Shown piece after piece: positions 58,908-64,000 of a stretch of 64,000 nt of DNA (position 1 is its first letter; each line of letters opens with the position of its first letter). Position numbers and translations under genes: made by a program. The notes under the pieces were generated by a model. That model ran no database searches. It was not told the DNA's origin and worked only from the letters and a program-made list of their open reading frames with translations. The DNA lies in NCBI RefSeq assembly GCF_009914755.1, contig NC_060925.1; one strand, written 5' to 3'. Origin of the DNA: the human T2T-CHM13v2.0 reference genome, Homo sapiens.

Positions 58908-59930
58908 GTATCAATCTGGATCCAATCAGGAGAGAGAAACCAGTTGTATTAGTTTGTCCTCATAGGGCTATAAAGAAATACCCAAGACTGGGTGATTTAT
59001 AAAGAAAAGAGGTTTAATTTGTTCATGGTTCCACAGGCGGTTCAGGAAGCATGGTGCCGGCATCTGCTTGGATTCTGGGGGAGGCCTCAGGAAACTTACA
59101 ATCATGGCAGAAGGAGAAGGGGAAGCAGGCTTGTCTTACATCGCCAGAGCAGGAGCAAGAGAGAGAGAGAGGAGGGGAGGTGCTACACACTTTTAAACAG
59201 TCGGATCTCCTGAGAACTCAATCATGAGAACAGTACCAAAGGGACGGTGCTAAGCCATTCGTGAAGGTGCACCCCCATGATCCAGTCACCTCCCACCAGG
59301 CCCCACCTCCAGCACTGGAGATTACAGTGTGGACATGAGATTTGGGTGTGGACACAGATTCAAACTTCATCACCAGTAAATTGAAAGCAGCGTTTAATGT
59401 GGATAATTACTAATTATAACAGGGAATCGAAGTAAGGAGGGATTTGGTTAGGCTAGTGAAAAGTGAAGAGAATTGTAAAGAATATGAAAATAGCAGATAA
59501 ACAGAGCAACTGCTGCCCCTGGGGCTGAGGTAGAGTCTGCAAGGAAGAGTCTCTCCTTCCCCCAGGACCAAGATCCAGACCTCATCCAGAGAGGGCATGG
59601 CTGGTTTACTGCATGGCCAAGAAGTTGCTGGCATGTCATACTAGTGGAACTTAATGGAAATCCACCCTCTGATACCTGCCAGAAGTTGCTCACTAGGGCG
59701 CCACACAAAAGCTCTTCATGGGGAGGTGTCTCACTGGAGGTACCCTGCTACAAAACCTCCAGAGTGGGATGCTGGGGGGAGCTGCTGGCTGCTGGGTATG
59801 GCCTGCTGTTGTGTGCTGTAGTCTCTGGAGGCTGGAGCAGCTGCAGGTGCTTGTAGAGATGGGTACTGGAGAAGCCACCTGCGTTGCAGGAGCTGGACGC
59901 CATACAATTAACACAATGTAGAGCAATCTG
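58908..59930. mobile_element. Old ERVL-type LTR (LTR33-like) interrupted by MST
   Basis: Starts TGTATCAATCTGGATCCAATCAGGAGAGAGAAACCA; 3' boundary uncertain. Confidence 0.45.
58945..59372 (-). mobile_element. MST (MaLR) solo LTR
   Basis: TG...CA ends; 5-bp TSD CCAGT at 58940 and 59373; GCTATAAAGAAATACCCAAGACTGGGT motif. Confidence 0.92.
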
Positions 59931-60039
59931 GAAGGCTGTATATATCAAGATGGCCAAGATGGAACCAGTGTTTTTTTTTTTTTTTCTCTGTGACAGATAG
60001 AATTATGATGCTTCCCCCTGCCGCTTTTTTTTTTTTTTG

Positions 60040-61745
60040 GTATTCATTCAGCATTTATTTAATGAATGTTGAGTATTTTCTCTATTCCAGACAATGTGTT
60101 TGTTACGAGATACATAACAGCAGACAAAATAGACATTGAACTTGTTTTTGCAGTTTATAGGCTGATAGGACAGTCAGTCATTCATCTGAGCTCTTTTGTG
60201 CCAGGCACTATTCTAGTCACTGGGGGGATAGATGGATAGATTAAATAGATTGGTTAGATAGATGGGATGGATGTATGGATAGATAGATGGATCAAGATAA
60301 AATCTTGCTTTCAAAGGGAGACAGCCATTGAGCAGATAATTAATTATAAGAATGGGTACATACTTACACAGTGCTATAAAGGGTGTAAGAAGGAAAAATA
60401 CAGGCTGCTACAAGAGAGGACAATGTAATTCAGATGAGAAGCCAGGGCAGACTTCTCTTAGAAAGTGATATTTTTATGATGAAAGTGATGAGGAGGAGGT
60501 TAGCTTGGTGAGATGAGTGATCAGAGAAGAATGATCTAGATGGAGGGGAGGCTTGCGGGCAGACTTCATGATGGGAAGAGCTCGGCATGTCTGAAGTGAG
60601 GAGTGGGAGGTCTCTAGAGGGTAGGGGGAGGTAGAGAGTGGCAGGAGAAGAGGCCACAGCAGGGGTCATGCTACTCACAGCCATAGGCCACCTTGGAAAC
60701 TAGGGTGTCCCTGTGAAGGGTTGCCCGTGATAGAGGTCTGAAATAGGAGATTCTTGGACTGTTTTGCTATTTACAGCCACCGTGTGGGGTGCTGAGTGGT
60801 CAGGGGATTGGAGGCAAGAATGGAAGTTGAGAGACCACTGGGTGCAATTTGCAGGAATCCAGTGAAAGTTAACGGTGGAGGTGGCGCCAAGGCCCAGCAG
60901 TGGAGCTGGAGATAACTGGATGGCTTGGAGATGGGGTTTGGAAATAGAGTCATTCAGAACTGGTGATGGATTGAGTGTGGGCTGGGAGAGACAGGGAGAC
61001 ATTGAGAATAACTCCCAGGTTTCTGGCTTAAGTCATTACATGGCATGTGATGCCATTTTCTGTGTACTTTTGTAGTGAATACGAATTACTTGTTCAATTA
61101 AAAAAGTAAAATAAGTTTGGATTTGCAGATGAAGAAGGCTTTGGTGACCAAACAAACAAAACCAAAGCAGTTGCAGTGAAAGTGAAGAGGTGGAGATAGT
61201 TGCTACAGACTACTGCAGTTCTGCATCTTCAAAGAAGCCAGAAAGTAGCAGGCAAGGTAGGGTCGGGCTGTAGGACAAGGACATGTGTTTTGTTTACAGA
61301 GTAGGATAGATGTGAGCAACTTTCATTGGGAGAGAGAGCTAGACCATAGAGGGAAGAGAAGGCATTCGTTAACAAATATTTGAATGTCTGTATGACAGGC
61401 AATACTCTAAGCTCTTGGAACATACAAAACATAAAAAACATTCCTGTCTTCTGGAGCTTAATGTTCTAAAGTGGGGACACTGAAAATCAAATCATGTGCC
61501 GAGTGCACTGTAAAAAGAAAAAAAAAGCCTATTAATGGGGAGATCTAGGGATGTTGAGGTGGGACGGCCAGAAGGATGTAATTTTATGTTGTGGGTGGCA
61601 CTGATGGATTTGATGCCACTAGAATGCAAGATATGCCAGGGCAGAGATTTTAGTTTTACTCACTGCTGCATCTCCAGTTTAGAATGGTGCCTGGCACATA
61701 GTAAATGCTCAATAAAGAATTGCTGTGCGAATGAATTAATGATTC
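60040..61745. mobile_element. Cluster of L2 fragments with a (GATA/GATG)n tract at about 60227-60292
   Basis: Several L2 3' ends: ATTCATTCAGCATTTATTTAATG; GTGCCTGGCACATAGTAAATGCTCAATAAA. Confidence 0.7.
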
Positions 61746-62121
61746 AGGATCCCAGGAATGGGAAGGAATGAGGAGTGGGATACTGAAGAAAGAAAGATAG
61801 GCCAGTCATAAATGAAGACATATTGTAGGGATGTTAGTACTGATATCTCCAATTCAAATTACAGTTGTTTTTGCTTTTAAAGGATTTTAACTGTTCAATT
61901 GTATTTTGAATTCTTTGAATTAGCTTTGTTTCATGGCATTCATTTTGTTTACTGTATGTTTCTTAGACACAGTAATATAGTTTACAGAACTACTTATCCT
62001 TAGGGACATTACCCACTTAAGAAGTGACTGTTTTCAGTATTATTACAATAAAATTGAGATTACATATCACTTTGTATATTGAGGTTCTGTTACAACCTGT
62101 CTTTTCAGCATTATCCTTAAA

Positions 62122-62188
62122 GTGGTGTGTGTGGTGGTGGTGGTGGTGGTGGTGGTGTGTGTGTGTGTGTTGGGGGGGGGGGTGTTGT
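62122..62188. repeat. Compound (GT)n-(GGT)n-(GT)n-G11 microsatellite
   Basis: Direct read. Confidence 0.95.
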
Positions 62189-63179
62189 GATTGTTTTATG
62201 CCCATTACAGAAACCAGTTTAGCCGGCATTATACTGGTGTGGTTATATATTAAATAAGTTAAATTTCTTGCAGCTACTCTTTTGATCAGTTAATTGGTCT
62301 GATCCTATAGTGGGTATTTTCATGGGTCTCTGCTAAGTTTAGCCTCACAATGATTTTGTGTGTCTGAAATCGTATTGACAGGCTGTAGCTCCTTCTAATT
62401 TATGCATGCGTGAAGAAGATTGTCCTCTATTTGCTGAGTCTTATGCTTTTATATGAGGACCCCAGTGTCGTAACTTTGCCATAACTCAGGAAGATCTAAC
62501 TTCTGACTGTGCAGTATAGAGCATTCCTTTGTCTAAAAAAATAATATGGATGTTTTAAGACCATTCAGTCATAACTGGAAGCTGCCTTATAGTTAAAGGA
62601 CTTTACATATTAATGAAGAAAGGGAACATACAAATCATTATGTCCTTTTTGCCATAGATTGCTGTCCCCTCCCATAGAAATTATCTTATTATATTTTATT
62701 ACAACAGTGTATGTAAAATATATACTTATAAAAGTAATAAATGGTCTTTGAAAAATTCTAATAACAGGAGTGTAGAGATTATAAACTGATTTTATCCTAA
62801 AATTGTACATCCTAGGAGATAACCATTGTGAGCAATTTGATTTATATCCTTTTTTGGACTTTACAAATGCTTGTGTAAATCGCGTGTGTGTTGTATGTAT
62901 ATATGTTTGAGTGTACATACAAGAGGAATCATATACAGCTGCCCTGTTTTTTCCTCCCCATTTATACACCATGTTGTGGACATTTTTGTGTCAGTGCCTG
63001 TGTGTGGGTATGTGTGTGCATAAAGACATAGCACGGGTATGCCATAAAAAGTTTTCAGCCAATCCCTTATTGGTTGTCGTCATATTTTGCTCTTACAATA
63101 AGTGATGCACTTAACATCTCCAGTTATGTTCTAGGACAGAAGTGCTTGTCAGAGTGTAAATATTTGACATATGCCCTTA

Positions 63180-63521
<342 letters not shown>

Positions 63522-64000
63522 TCATTAGCTAAAAGTGAGAGCATCCATTTCCCCAAACCCTTACCAATGGTAAGTGTTGTCAGTCTTTTAAATCCTTTCT
63601 CAGCCCAACAGGTAGAAGACTCAGATCTCCTTTTAATTTACATTTCTTTGTATATTCCTGCAATTTAGCATGGTTTGACCATTTATGCTATTTTTTTGGA
63701 TATGTTACTTTTTATAATAGTCTTCAGTCTTTTTTTCTAGTAGGTTCTTCGTTCTTTTTCTTTCTGATTTCTGTTTTTCTTTTAAAAGAAGTATGTATAA
63801 TATTTCTCCCTTTAGTCATCTGTATTTCAGTCTTAGTTTTCTTAACTCATTATGTCCTCATGCCAATCCTATGAGTCATGCTCCCAAACTCTGAATCTTT
63901 TTGGCCTTGATGGCATGTGTACTTGGTCTTTCCCACACCAGTAATTAAGTATTCTCCCTAGATTTTCTTCTTTGTTTTGAATTTTTATCCTTAGATGTTT

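Noticed and set aside
62017-62257. Poly-His and poly-Trp ORFs
   Set aside because: Translations of the (GGT)n/(GT)n microsatellite

Overview
Primate (most likely human) genomic DNA from the 5' part of CAMTA1 (calmodulin-binding transcription activator 1), transcribed on the + strand. Only two coding exons are present: 23860-23929 (70 nt) and 28769-28887 (119 nt). Spliced, they give SVSQSVFCGTSTYCVLNTVPPIEDDHGNSNSSHVKIFLPKKLLECLPKCSSLPKERHRWNTNE, the CAMTA1 N-terminus leading into the CG-1 DNA-binding domain; from recall these are exons 2 and 3. The rest is intron: about 40 Alu copies, old L1/L2/MIR fragments, MaLR and ERV solo LTRs, MER/Tigger DNA transposons, microsatellites and a minus-strand RPL37 processed pseudogene. 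Almost all ORFs in the supplied track are Alu/L1 or chance ORFs. I found no new multi-gene system. The most interesting signals are structural: (1) a 1.1-kb Alu-Alu-L1-Alu composite bounded by one 16-bp target-site duplication (TSD); (2) a 42-bp templated copy from 1.1 kb upstream, next to a hairpin and a 16-bp tandem duplication; (3) the two exons total 189 nt with no in-frame stop and are flanked by inverted Alus, so a back-spliced circle would be an endless ORF; (4) an L1 > Alu > RPL37-retrocopy nest. Repeat boundaries and subfamily names were assigned by eye and are approximate.
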